From an uncultured Actinomycetota bacterium (GTDB taxonomy: Bacteria > Actinomycetota > Actinomycetes > Mycobacteriales > SCTD01): 64,000 bases of DNA. Made by a program: the position numbers and the translations under genes. Positions 25,848 through 34,789 of the stretch are shown one piece after another. The stretch covers positions 680,773 through 744,772 of the forward strand of contig CAVSEK010000013.1 in NCBI GenBank assembly GCA_963726975.1, given 5' to 3'. The notes beneath the pieces are model-generated. The model made no database searches and was not told the origin of the DNA. It worked only from the letters and a program-made list of their open reading frames with translations. Positions within the stretch are counted from its first letter, which is position 1. The number at the start of each line of letters is the position of its first letter.

Positions 25848-27086
25848 CTACGGGACGTAGAGGTGCAGGAAGGCGAAGGTGGAGTAGGCCGCCAGCACCG
25901 CGGCGCCGGTCCCGATGGTAGTGGAACGCACCAGCCCCGACGGGAGTGCCGAGCGGCGCGTCGCCGGCCGCGCACGGGTGATGCTCACCACGACGAGCGC
26001 TGCCGCCACCAGCAGCGGGACGGCTCCCCCGGCGTACCGCTCGAAGCTGGTCATGTCGCGCGCCGTCGCCGCCAGCAGCACGGTCGTGGCCGCGAGGACC
26101 AGGTGCGACAGCGGCAGCCGCCGGGCCACGACGACGAGCAGGCCGAGCGCGAGCACCGCCCAGAGCACGTGCAGCCCGGCGCCGGCGAGCTCGCCGTGCA
26201 GCAGCCCGCGGAGCGCGCGCGCGACCCCCGGGGCCGGGTCGACGAAGGTCCCGCCGCGCAGGTCGGGCCGCGTCTGGGCCCGGAACGGCAGGAGCGCGTC
26301 GCCGAACCGCGCGCGGGCGTAGAGCAGGTAGGTGGCCAGTCCGAGGACCGGCGCGGCGACGGCGACCAGGCGGGCCGCCCGCTCGCGCCAGCTCGCGCGG
26401 ACCGCACCCCGCAGCGCCTCGACGACCACGACCAGGGCGAGCAGGACGCCGGGGGGGCGCAGCAGGCCCGCGAGCAGGCCGACGGCCGCGACGACCGCCC
26501 AGCGCCGGTCGCGGACGGCCAGCAGCAGGCCGCAGACCAGGGCGGCGTACAGCGGCTCGGTGTAGCCCATGACGAGCACGAAGGAGGCCGGGCCGAGCGC
26601 CGCGACCCAGACGGCGGCGTCGGCGACCCGCCGACCCAGGCCCTCGCGCAGCACGAGGCGGTGCAGCAGCAGGGCGAACACGAGCGCCGCGGCGTTGCTC
26701 AGCAGGAGCAGCGCTGCGCCCGCGCTCCCCAGCAGCAGGGGCGCGAGCAGCCGCGCCAGCAGCGGCAGCAGCGGGAAGAAGCGCAGCGCTTCCGGCGGCA
26801 GGCCGGTGTAGCCCGAGGTGGCGATGCGGTCGTACCAGTCGGCGTCCCAGCCGAGCAGCCCCTCGGTGCGCAGGTCGCCGTCGTGCCGGTGCAGGAGCTG
26901 CGCCAGCCCCAGGGCCGCCAGCACGACCGCGCGCGAGACGAGGAACGACAGCAGCACGGGTCGCCACGGCAGCCCGCCCAGCCGCAGCCCTCCCAGCCGC
27001 AGCCCGCCCAGCCGCGCCCAGCGCGACGTCGCCACGACCGGCCCGACCGGGCCGGCAGGGCGGGTGGCGGCCGGCACGGGCATCAT
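25848..27086 (-). CDS. GT-C mannosyltransferase (PIG-V-like) membrane protein
   Basis: WDADWYDRIATSGY, RFFPLLPLL, MGYTEPL, LLRPPG, SFERY; many TM helices. Confidence 0.8.
   Translation of the reverse strand: MMPVPAATRPAGPVGPVVATSRWARLGGLRLGGLRLGGLPWRPVLLSFLVSRAVVLAALGLAQLLHRHDGDLRTEGLLGWDADWYDRIATSGYTGLPPEALRFFPLLPLLARLLAPLLLGSAGAALLLLSNAAALVFALLLHRLVLREGLGRRVADAAVWVAALGPASFVLVMGYTEPLYAALVCGLLLAVRDRRWAVVAAVGLLAGLLRPPGVLLALVVVVEALRGAVRASWRERAARLVAVAAPVLGLATYLLYARARFGDALLPFRAQTRPDLRGGTFVDPAPGVARALRGLLHGELAGAGLHVLWAVLALGLLVVVARRLPLSHLVLAATTVLLAATARDMTSFERYAGGAVPLLVAAALVVVSITRARPATRRSALPSGLVRSTTIGTGAAVLAAYSTFAFLHLYVP
26969..27013 (-). repeat. 15-bp tandem repeat, 3 copies, encoding RLGGL
   Basis: GCAGCCC(G/T)CCCAGCC three times on the + strand. 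Confidence 0.85.
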
Positions 27087-27094
27087 GGAAGGGT

Positions 27095-28657
27095 ATGAGC
27101 AGCACGCCGACCCTGCCGGGGCGGGCGCCGGTCGCGCGTGTCGCGCCGCACGTCCGCGGGCGCCGCCTGCCGTCGTGGACCGGTGCGGCGCTGTTCGTCG
27201 TCGCGGTCGCCCTCGGGGTGGTCGCGAGGCTGCACTCCCCCAGCGTGCTGTGGCTGGACGAGGCGCTGTCGCTGGGCATCGCCCGCCGCCCGGTGCCCGA
27301 GCTGCTCGACGCGCTGCGGCGCGACGGCAGCCCGCCGGCCTACTACCTGCTGCTGCACGCCTGGACCTCCGTGCTGGGCACCTCCCCCACCTCGGCACGC
27401 GCCCTGTCCACGCTGCTGTCCCTGGGGACGCTGCCGCTGGTCTGGCTCTCCGCCCGACGGCTCGGCGGACCCTCAGCGGCCCGAGCCGCCCTGCTCCTCA
27501 CCGCCGTCAGCCCCTTCGCCGTGCGCTACGCGACGGAGACGCGGATGTACGCGCTCGTGCAGCTGCTGTCCGCAGCGCTGCTGCTCGCGGTGCTCCGTGC
27601 CCTCGACCGCCCGGCGCCGGCGAGGCTCCTCCCCGTCGCGGCGCTGTCGGGGGTGCTCGCCCTCACGCACTACTGGGCGCTCTTCCTGCTCGCCGCGTCC
27701 GCCGCGGTGCTGCTCGGCCTGCTGCGGGCCGGGCGGCCCGGGGCGGGACGCACGCTCGGCGCGCTCGCCGCCGGGGCAGTCCTGTTCCTTCCCTGGCTGC
27801 CGACGTTCCTGTTCCAGGTGCGGCACACCGGCACGCCGTGGGCGCCTGCGCCGCACCTCGTCGACACCTGGTACACGGTGGTCGGCTGGGCCGGGGGCGG
27901 CGACGGGCCCGCCGTCGTGCTCACCCTGCTGCTCGCCGGGCTGGCCCTGCTGGCCGTCGTCGGTCACCCGCACCCGGGCGGGGTGCGGCTCGGCCGGCCC
28001 GTCGACCGGACCGGCCTGGTGCTGGTCGCGGTCGCTGCGGGGACGCTCGCGCTGGGCCTGGGCGTCGGCATGGTCGTGCACGCCGGCTACGCGGTGCGCT
28101 ACAGCTCCGCCGCCCTCGTGCCCGGACTGGTGCTCGCCGCCCTCGGCGTGCGCGCGCTGCCGCCGCGCGCCCGCACGGGGGTGCTCGCCGCCGCAGCGGT
28201 CTGCGGCCTGCTCGGCGCCCTGCCCCAGCTGACCTCCGTCGAGCGCACGCAGGCGCGGGTGACGGCCCTCGCGCTGACGCGCTCGCTGTCGCCGTCCGAC
28301 GTCGTCGTCTACTGCCCCGACCAGCTGGGGCCGGCCGTGAGCCGGCTGCTGCCCGCCGGCACCGACCAGGTCGTCTACCCGACCGGCGGCAGCCCCGAGC
28401 TCGTGGACTGGGTGGACTACGCGCAGCGCAACGAGGCGGCCTCGCCCAGCGCCTTCGCCCGGCAGGTCGCCTCGCGCACCTCCGGGGCGGTCTGGCTGGT
28501 GAGCGCCGTCGGCTACCTCACCTTCGACGAGCAGTGCACGCAGCTGGGCGACGCCCTCGGGGCCCTGCGCGGCGGCGGGGTGCGGGTCCAGGGGCAGAGC
28601 GGGTCCTTCGACGAGCAGCAGGCCGTGACGCGCTACCCCGCCCGGACGGCCGGCTGA
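27095..28657 (+). CDS. GT-C glycosyltransferase (GT39/PMT-ArnT-like)
   Basis: LWLDEALS, DGSPPAYYLLLHAW, YATETRMYAL, LTHYW, FLPWLP. Confidence 0.82.
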   Translation: MSSTPTLPGRAPVARVAPHVRGRRLPSWTGAALFVVAVALGVVARLHSPSVLWLDEALSLGIARRPVPELLDALRRDGSPPAYYLLLHAWTSVLGTSPTSARALSTLLSLGTLPLVWLSARRLGGPSAARAALLLTAVSPFAVRYATETRMYALVQLLSAALLLAVLRALDRPAPARLLPVAALSGVLALTHYWALFLLAASAAVLLGLLRAGRPGAGRTLGALAAGAVLFLPWLPTFLFQVRHTGTPWAPAPHLVDTWYTVVGWAGGGDGPAVVLTLLLAGLALLAVVGHPHPGGVRLGRPVDRTGLVLVAVAAGTLALGLGVGMVVHAGYAVRYSSAALVPGLVLAALGVRALPPRARTGVLAAAAVCGLLGALPQLTSVERTQARVTALALTRSLSPSDVVVYCPDQLGPAVSRLLPAGTDQVVYPTGGSPELVDWVDYAQRNEAASPSAFARQVASRTSGAVWLVSAVGYLTFDEQCTQLGDALGALRGGGVRVQGQSGSFDEQQAVTRYPARTAG

Positions 28658-29979
28658 CGCCCTGACCGCACCTGCCGCTCCGCCCGCACGTGCCGCGCCG
28701 CCGCGGCGAGCACGACCAGTCCCGCGAGCCCGTACGACAGCCGCCCCGCCAGCACCGCCGGCCCGTCCAGGATCGTCGCGAAGAACAGCGGGTAGGCCGC
28801 CGCGCACAGCGGCAGCGCCCACCAGTCACCGGTGAGCACGACCAGCGCGAGCAGCAGCAGCGCGTACCACGGCTGCACGGGCGTGACGAGCAGGAACAGC
28901 CCGGCGAGCAGGCGCACCGCGGCGGGCGCCAGCGGCAGCGGGGTGCGGAGCAGCGCGACGAGCAGACCCACCAGCGCCAGCCCGACGACGGCGGTCGCGA
29001 CCGGCCCCGACAGCCCGAGCAGCCCCAGGAGCAGGTAGCGGGTGCCTTCGCCGTAGCGCTCCTCGCGCAGGTAGCCGGGCAGGTAGCCGACGACCTGCAC
29101 CCCGACGGCGAGCACGTGGGGCAGGTAGGCGAGCACCGGGACGACGGTCGCCACGACCACGACCGCCGTGCGGCTGCCCCGCCCCCGCAGCAGCAGCGGG
29201 AGCAGCAGGCCGGGGTAGACCTTCACGAGCGCGGCGGCGGTCAGCGCGAGCGCTGCCCGGGCCGGCCGCGCGGCGCCCGCGGCGACGGCGCCGAGCACGA
29301 GCAGGACCGCGAGGACGTCGACGTGCGCGTTCTGCACCGCCTCGAGCACCGCCAGCGGCGCCAAGGCGTAGACCGCGACCGCCCGCACGTCCCGACCTGC
29401 CCGCCGGAGCAGCGCGAGCAGGACGGCCAGCACGGCGAGGTCGAGGACGCCGCCGGCCAGCTCGTAGCCCTCGTCCTGCGCCGACAACGGCACCAGCTGG
29501 TGCTCGAGCCAGAACCACGCCTCGGCCACGGGCGGGTAGATGGTGAGCACGCCCGGCCGGTTGAGCAGGGTCTGCCGCGGCTCGTCGGCGAGCTCCGGGG
29601 GCCACAGCCAGGGGTCGCGCAGGTCGCGCAGCTCGGGCGCGTCCGGGGGGTAGCGGTACGGGTCGGTGCCGGAGGACTGCACGACGCCGTCCCAGGCGTA
29701 GCGGTAGAGGTCGTCCGACAGCGGCGCCTTGCTCGAGACCGAGGCCAGGCGCAGCAGCACGGCCAGGCCGAGCACGACGACGACCGCCGTGCGGCGCGGG
29801 ACGTGCCGCACGCACAGCAGCGCGGCGGCGTACGCCCCCCACGCCCCGGCGACCTCCAGCCCCAGGGCGAGCCGGCGCGCGAGGATGCCACCCGGTGCGG
29901 CGGTGCGGTGCACGAGCCACACCTCGACGGCACCGGCCACCAGCAGTCCGGCCAGCGCCGCGCGCGACCGCGCCCTCAC
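28633..29979 (-). CDS. GT-C glycosyltransferase (GT87/DUF2029-like)
   Basis: LSDDLYRYAWDG, DPYRYPP, TIYPP, NAHVDVL, VKVYP, VQPWY. Confidence 0.8.
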   Translation of the reverse strand: MRARSRAALAGLLVAGAVEVWLVHRTAAPGGILARRLALGLEVAGAWGAYAAALLCVRHVPRRTAVVVVLGLAVLLRLASVSSKAPLSDDLYRYAWDGVVQSSGTDPYRYPPDAPELRDLRDPWLWPPELADEPRQTLLNRPGVLTIYPPVAEAWFWLEHQLVPLSAQDEGYELAGGVLDLAVLAVLLALLRRAGRDVRAVAVYALAPLAVLEAVQNAHVDVLAVLLVLGAVAAGAARPARAALALTAAALVKVYPGLLLPLLLRGRGSRTAVVVVATVVPVLAYLPHVLAVGVQVVGYLPGYLREERYGEGTRYLLLGLLGLSGPVATAVVGLALVGLLVALLRTPLPLAPAAVRLLAGLFLLVTPVQPWYALLLLALVVLTGDWWALPLCAAAYPLFFATILDGPAVLAGRLSYGLAGLVVLAAAARHVRAERQVRSGRQPAVRAG

Positions 29980-29983
29980 CGGC

Positions 29984-31015
29984 TCACGGGTCGAGCAGCT
30001 GCAGCTGGCTGGCCAGCTCGCCGGCGACCACGACGCGGCCGGTGGAGGGCACCACGGCGACGTCGTAGGCGTCCTGCACCGTCGGCCACGTGCGCACCTG
30101 CTCCAGCCCGTCCGGCGTCACGCGCAGCTGGACGAGCTCGTTGCGCTCGGTGGCGGTGACGTAGACCAGCTGCCGCGCCTCGTCGAGCGCCATGCCGTAC
30201 GGCCGTCCCGGCAGCGGGACGGAACCGGCCTGCCGCGGGGTCCCGCTGACGTCGTAGCGGATCAGGGCGCCGCCGCTGGTGTCGGCGACGTAGACGGTGC
30301 TCCGCCCGACCCGCAACGCGTGGGTCGGTCCCTCGCCGGCGGGGAGCGCGGCGATCTCCACGCCGCCGCGGAAGAAGTGCACCTGGCGCCCGCGGACGTC
30401 GACGACGGCCGCCGTGTCGCCCACGCCCTCGGCCCCACCGGGCTGCAGGCCGCTCGGCAGCGTCGCCACCACCGCGTCGCCGCGCACGACCGACACGGTG
30501 CCCCCGAACTCGTCGGCGACGTAGAGGTCGCCGTCGTCGAGCACCGCCGCGTCGTGCGGCTGCCGGCCCACGCGCACGCTGTGCAGCACCTCGCCGCCCG
30601 GGAGGGCGACCGTGGAGACCAGGTCGGTGTCCTCCCCCGGCACGACGACGGCCCCGCCGCCCGGGACCAGCTCGAGGTGCCGGGCGGCACCGGGCACCGG
30701 CAGGTCGCGCAGCACCCGGGGCGCGCCCGGGTCGACGACCGCCAGGCGGTCGGGGTCGCGCAGCGCGACGAGCACCAGACCGGTCACCGGGTCGGCCACC
30801 ATGCCCTCGGGCCGGCCGCCGCCCAGGTCGAGCACGGTGCCGGCCGGCGCGGTGCCCGGCGTCGGCGCGCGCGCGGGCTCGGGTGCTGCCTGCAGCGGCA
30901 CGGGCGGGCCGCTGGTCGCGGGTCCGGCGGCCCGTGGAGCGGGATCGCCGCAGGCGGCCAGGCCGAGGCACGTGGCGAGCAGCAGGGGGGCGAGCCGGGC
31001 GGTGGCGAGCGGCAC
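29984..31015 (-). CDS. YncE/YVTN-like beta-propeller lipoprotein
   Basis: Lipobox LAAC; repeats VGRQPHDAA, YVADEFGGTVSVV, AGEGPTH, PGRPYGMALD. Confidence 0.75.
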   Translation of the reverse strand: MPLATARLAPLLLATCLGLAACGDPAPRAAGPATSGPPVPLQAAPEPARAPTPGTAPAGTVLDLGGGRPEGMVADPVTGLVLVALRDPDRLAVVDPGAPRVLRDLPVPGAARHLELVPGGGAVVVPGEDTDLVSTVALPGGEVLHSVRVGRQPHDAAVLDDGDLYVADEFGGTVSVVRGDAVVATLPSGLQPGGAEGVGDTAAVVDVRGRQVHFFRGGVEIAALPAGEGPTHALRVGRSTVYVADTSGGALIRYDVSGTPRQAGSVPLPGRPYGMALDEARQLVYVTATERNELVQLRVTPDGLEQVRTWPTVQDAYDVAVVPSTGRVVVAGELASQLQLLDP

Positions 31016-31174
31016 GTAGGGCTCCAGCGGTTTGGGGGCAGGGGCACGCGCGAGCCGGTCGGCGCGCGCCGCCGGGCCGAGCCTAGGCAGGACGCGGGGA
31101 GCCCGCCCACCCGTCGCCCGTTCCCGCGGGGCGGCGCGCGTGCCTCAGGTCACACCACCCGATCGGCCGCAGAC

Positions 31175-31200
31175 CCATCCATCTCGCCGCGGCACCCGAA
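31175..31200 (+). promoter_or_regulatory. SigK-type promoter
   Basis: Exact CCATCC-N15-CCGAA upstream of the lipoprotein gene at 31284. Confidence 0.7.
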
Positions 31201-31283
31201 CGCATGACGAGACACCACGCACGACGGTGCACCACGGTGCACGACCCGCCACACCCCCCGACCCCGGAAGGAACGCCTCCCTC

Positions 31284-31985
31284 ATGGCCTCCACCAAGCT
31301 CAGCGCCGCCGTCCTGGCCGGCCTGCTCACCGTCTCGCTCGCCGCCTGCGGCAGCAACGACGAGGCGACCGGCACGACCGGCACCTCGTCGACGGCCTCC
31401 ACCCCGGCCTCGACCCCCGCCACCTCGACCAGCCCGGTCGTCCTCGCCTCGCTGCCCGACCTGTCCAAGGGCGTCAGCACCACCGTGACGCTGGACCCGA
31501 AGTTCCTCGCGGGCCTGCAGTCGCTCATGGTCACCCCGGGCGTGGTCGGCCAGACCAAGCTGCAGGACGGCGCGCTCATCTTCCCGATCACGGGCGGCTC
31601 GGCGACGCTGTACAAGCAGGGCACCACCGGCAAGGACCCGTTCGTCGTCGGCGTCATCAAGCACGACGGCCAGGGCATCACCCTCAGCGCCGGCGGCAAG
31701 AAGGTCGAGCTGAAGAACTTCGACGTGGACGCCGGCAAGTCCGAGATCCGCACCGACATCACCGTCGACGGCGCGACCTTCGGCATGGACGTGCCGACCT
31801 TCATCGCCGACGGCTCCACCCTGAAGTACCCGCCGACCATGGAGGGCAACAACGCCATCCTCCAGGGCACCCAGGTCAAGCTCACCGCCGGTGCGGCCGC
31901 TGCCCTGAACAAGGTCTTCGGCGTCACCGCCTTCACCGAGGGCTTCCCGATCGGCGTCGCGAAGATCGCGGTCGCCACCAGCTGA
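31284..31985 (+). CDS. Uncharacterised lipoprotein with Ser/Thr linker
   Basis: RBS AAGGAA; lipobox SLAAC; Thr/Ser-rich linker; domain TTVTLDPKF...FPITGGS...IKHDGQGITL; strong codon bias. Confidence 0.85.
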   Translation: MASTKLSAAVLAGLLTVSLAACGSNDEATGTTGTSSTASTPASTPATSTSPVVLASLPDLSKGVSTTVTLDPKFLAGLQSLMVTPGVVGQTKLQDGALIFPITGGSATLYKQGTTGKDPFVVGVIKHDGQGITLSAGGKKVELKNFDVDAGKSEIRTDITVDGATFGMDVPTFIADGSTLKYPPTMEGNNAILQGTQVKLTAGAAAALNKVFGVTAFTEGFPIGVAKIAVATS

Positions 31986-32001
31986 TCGCACCGAGGGTCG
32001 T

Positions 32002-32039
32002 ACGAGGCGCGAGCGGGCAGGGTCCCGCTCGCGCCTCGT
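32002..32039 (+). terminator. Hairpin after the lipoprotein gene
   Basis: Perfect 16-bp stem ACGAGGCGCGAGCGGG-CAGGGT-CCCGCTCGCGCCTCGT. Confidence 0.8.
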
Positions 32040-32073
32040 GCGCGTTCCTGCCGACCCTGACCCGGAGTCCTCG

Positions 32074-32781
32074 ATGACGGCGCCGCTCTGCGACCCCCCG
32101 CTCCCCCCTGGCTCGCCCTTGCCCGTGCAGCTGCTCGTGCTGTGCAAGGAACCCCTCCCCGGTCGCGCCAAGACCCGTCTCACCCCCCCGCTGACCGCGG
32201 CGCAGGCCTCCCTCGTCGCCCGGGCCGCGCTGCTGGACACCCTGGAGACCGGGCTGGCCACTCCGGTCGCCGAGCGGGTCGCCGTGCTCGACGGATCGCC
32301 CCTCGGGTGGCTGCCCGCGGGCTGGGCGGTGCGCCCTCAGGTCGCCGGCGACCTCGGCGACCGGCTCGAGGCCGCTCTCGACGAGGCCTTCGGCGCCGCT
32401 GACCTCCCCGTGCTCCTGCTCGGGATGGACACCCCCCAGGTCACGTCCGGCCTGCTGGTCGCGGCCGTGGAGCAGCTGCTCCGGCCCGGCACCGACGCCG
32501 TCCTCGGTCTCGCCGACGACGGCGGCTGGTGGGCCCTCGGCCTCCGCGCGCCCGCGCCCGGCGTCTTCCGGGGCGTCCCGATGTCCACCGACCGCGCCGG
32601 GCAGGTGCAGGCCGAGCGCCTGCGCGAGCTCGGCCGCCGCACCGTGCTGCTGCCGCCGCTGCGCGACGTGGACACCGTCGCCGACCTGGCCCCCGTCGCC
32701 GCCCTCCAGCCGCCGAGCGCCCGCTTCGCCAGCGCCGTGCGCGGGCTGGCACTGCCCGCTCTCGAGGAGGTCGTCGCGTGA
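32074..32781 (+). CDS. DUF2064 / TIGR04282-like CofC-fold transferase
   Basis: LLVLCKEPLPGRAKTRL, QVAGDLGDRL, LLGMDTPQ, LGLADDGGWWALGL, LRDVDT. Confidence 0.85.
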   Translation: MTAPLCDPPLPPGSPLPVQLLVLCKEPLPGRAKTRLTPPLTAAQASLVARAALLDTLETGLATPVAERVAVLDGSPLGWLPAGWAVRPQVAGDLGDRLEAALDEAFGAADLPVLLLGMDTPQVTSGLLVAAVEQLLRPGTDAVLGLADDGGWWALGLRAPAPGVFRGVPMSTDRAGQVQAERLRELGRRTVLLPPLRDVDTVADLAPVAALQPPSARFASAVRGLALPALEEVVA

Positions 32782-33425
32782 CGAGCCCGCTGGACGTCTA
32801 CGGCGAGGACCTCCTGACCGCTCTGTCGGGCAGCGTCAGCGCGACCTGGCTCACCTACGAGGACGGCCGGCAGGTCCAGCTGGACCTGCCCCGCTGGACC
32901 CGGCCCGCGGACGCGGCGGACAGCAGCCTGCTGACCCGGTGCACCGGGCCGACGCTCGACCTGGGCTGCGGCCCCGGACGGCTCACCCGCGCGCTCGCCG
33001 AGCACGGCGTGGAGTGCCTGGGCGTCGACGTCGCTCCTGTGGCGGTCGCGCTGGCCCGCTCCGGCGGCACGCCGGTGCTGCACGCCTCGGCCTTCGACGC
33101 GGTGCTGGACGACACGCGGTGGGCCTGCGTCCTGCTCGCCGACGGCAACATCGGGATCGGCGGCGACCCGGCCGCCCTGCTGCGCCGGTGCCGCGACCTG
33201 CTGCTCCCCGCCGGCCGCGTCCTCGTCGAGGTGGAGGGTCCTGAGGCGGTCACGCGCTCGGTGCGCGTGCAGATCCGCTCGGGCGCCGGGCGCGCGAGCC
33301 GCTGGTTCCCCTGGGCGCACGTCGGCTGCCGGTCCGCCGGCGAGGTCGCCGCCGCCGCCGGCCTGCAGGTGCGCGACTCCTGGAGCACGGGCGGACGCTG
33401 GTTCGTCGAGCTCGAGGCCGCATGA
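32778..33425 (+). CDS. Class I SAM-dependent methyltransferase
   Basis: TLDLGCGPGRL, LGVDV, LLADGNIGIGGDP, FPWAHVG; GTGA overlap. Confidence 0.88.
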   Translation: MTSPLDVYGEDLLTALSGSVSATWLTYEDGRQVQLDLPRWTRPADAADSSLLTRCTGPTLDLGCGPGRLTRALAEHGVECLGVDVAPVAVALARSGGTPVLHASAFDAVLDDTRWACVLLADGNIGIGGDPAALLRRCRDLLLPAGRVLVEVEGPEAVTRSVRVQIRSGAGRASRWFPWAHVGCRSAGEVAAAAGLQVRDSWSTGGRWFVELEAA

Positions 33426-34789
33426 CCACCGACCCGCTCGTGCCCCGCGGCAGCACGCGCCTCGCCGACGCCGACGGGCGCGCGCCCGTCTACGGCGCCC
33501 CCGAGCCGCTCTTCCGCGCGCTGGAGGAGCACCCGCCCCCCGGCCCCCTGTTCCGGGCGAGCGTGTGGCGCAGCCCGCTGCGCGGCCCCTGGCTGACCTC
33601 CGTGTTCGCCGTCGTGCTGCTCGTCGGGCTGCCGGTCGTGGCCCTCACCGGCCTGCTGAGCTACAGCGCGTACGAGCCGCGGTTCCCCGGCAACGCCTTC
33701 CCCGCCGACCCGGGCGTCCTGCGGCTCCCCTACTTCGCCTGGCCGACGTCCCCGTCCTGGCTCTACCGGCTCAACCAGGGCGTGCACGTGGCGCTGGGGC
33801 TCGCCCTGGTCCCGGTCGTCCTGGCCAAGCTCTGGTCGGTCGTGCCCAAGCTGTTCGCCTGGCCGCCCGCACGCTCGCTCGCCGCGGTGCTGGAGCGCCT
33901 GAGCCTGGCGCTGCTCGTCGGCGGCATCCTGTTCGAGCTCGTCACCGGCGTGCTGAACATCCAGTACTGGTACGTCTTCCGCTTCGACTTCTACACCGCC
34001 CACTACTACGGCGCCTGGGTCTTCCTCGCCGCCTTCGCGGTGCACGTCTTCCTCAAGCTGCCCACGATGCTCCGGTCGCTGCGGTCGCGGTCGCTGCGCG
34101 CGGAGCTGCGCACGCCGCTCTCCCGGACCGAGCCCGAGCCGCCGGACGAGCACGGCCTGGTCGCCCCGGAGCCCGCCGCCCCCACCATGAGCCGCCGGGG
34201 CGCCCTGGCCCTCGTCGGCGGCGGCAGCGCCGTCATCACGGCGCTCACCCTCGGGGAGACCGTCTCCGACACCCTGCGGCCCACCGCGCTGCTGTCGCCC
34301 CGCGGCCGGTCCTACGGCGACGGCCCGACCGACTTCCAGGTCAACCGCACGGCCAGCACGGCGGGCATCACCCCGGACCAGGTCGGCGACGGCTGGCGGC
34401 TCGAGCTGCGCGGAGGTCCCACGCCGGTCGTGCTGTCGCGGGCGGACCTGCAGGCCATGCCGCAGCACACCGCCGAGCTGCCGATCGCCTGCGTCGAGGG
34501 CTGGTCCACGGTGCAGACCTGGACGGGCGTGCGGCTGCGCGACCTCGTGGCCCTGACCGGGCTGAGGGGCCTGTCCTCCGGGACGGTGCTGTCGCTGGAG
34601 CGCGGCGGGGCCTTCGCCTCCGCGACGCTCTCGCGGGGCCAGCTGACCGACCCCGACTCCCTGCTGGCGCTGCAGGTCAACGGCGCCGACCTCTCGCCCG
34701 ACCACGGCTACCCGGCACGGGTGATCGTCCCGGCCGCTCCGGGGGTGCACAACACCAAGTGGGTGCGCGCCGTGGAGCTGCGGGCATGA
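33422..34789 (+). CDS. Polytopic membrane molybdopterin oxidoreductase (sulfite oxidase/MsrP-like domain)
   Basis: Four N-terminal TM segments with His residues, internal SRRGAL, then LPIACVEGWS, WTGVRLRDL, HGYPARVIVP, TKWV. Confidence 0.88.
   Translation: MTTDPLVPRGSTRLADADGRAPVYGAPEPLFRALEEHPPPGPLFRASVWRSPLRGPWLTSVFAVVLLVGLPVVALTGLLSYSAYEPRFPGNAFPADPGVLRLPYFAWPTSPSWLYRLNQGVHVALGLALVPVVLAKLWSVVPKLFAWPPARSLAAVLERLSLALLVGGILFELVTGVLNIQYWYVFRFDFYTAHYYGAWVFLAAFAVHVFLKLPTMLRSLRSRSLRAELRTPLSRTEPEPPDEHGLVAPEPAAPTMSRRGALALVGGGSAVITALTLGETVSDTLRPTALLSPRGRSYGDGPTDFQVNRTASTAGITPDQVGDGWRLELRGGPTPVVLSRADLQAMPQHTAELPIACVEGWSTVQTWTGVRLRDLVALTGLRGLSSGTVLSLERGGAFASATLSRGQLTDPDSLLALQVNGADLSPDHGYPARVIVPAAPGVHNTKWVRAVELRA

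Noticed and set aside
31016-31174. Riboswitch in the long intergenic regions (also 48800-48990, 60705-60841)
   Set aside because: GC-rich stems are present but I recognised no conserved aptamer core; an Rfam/Infernal scan would be decisive
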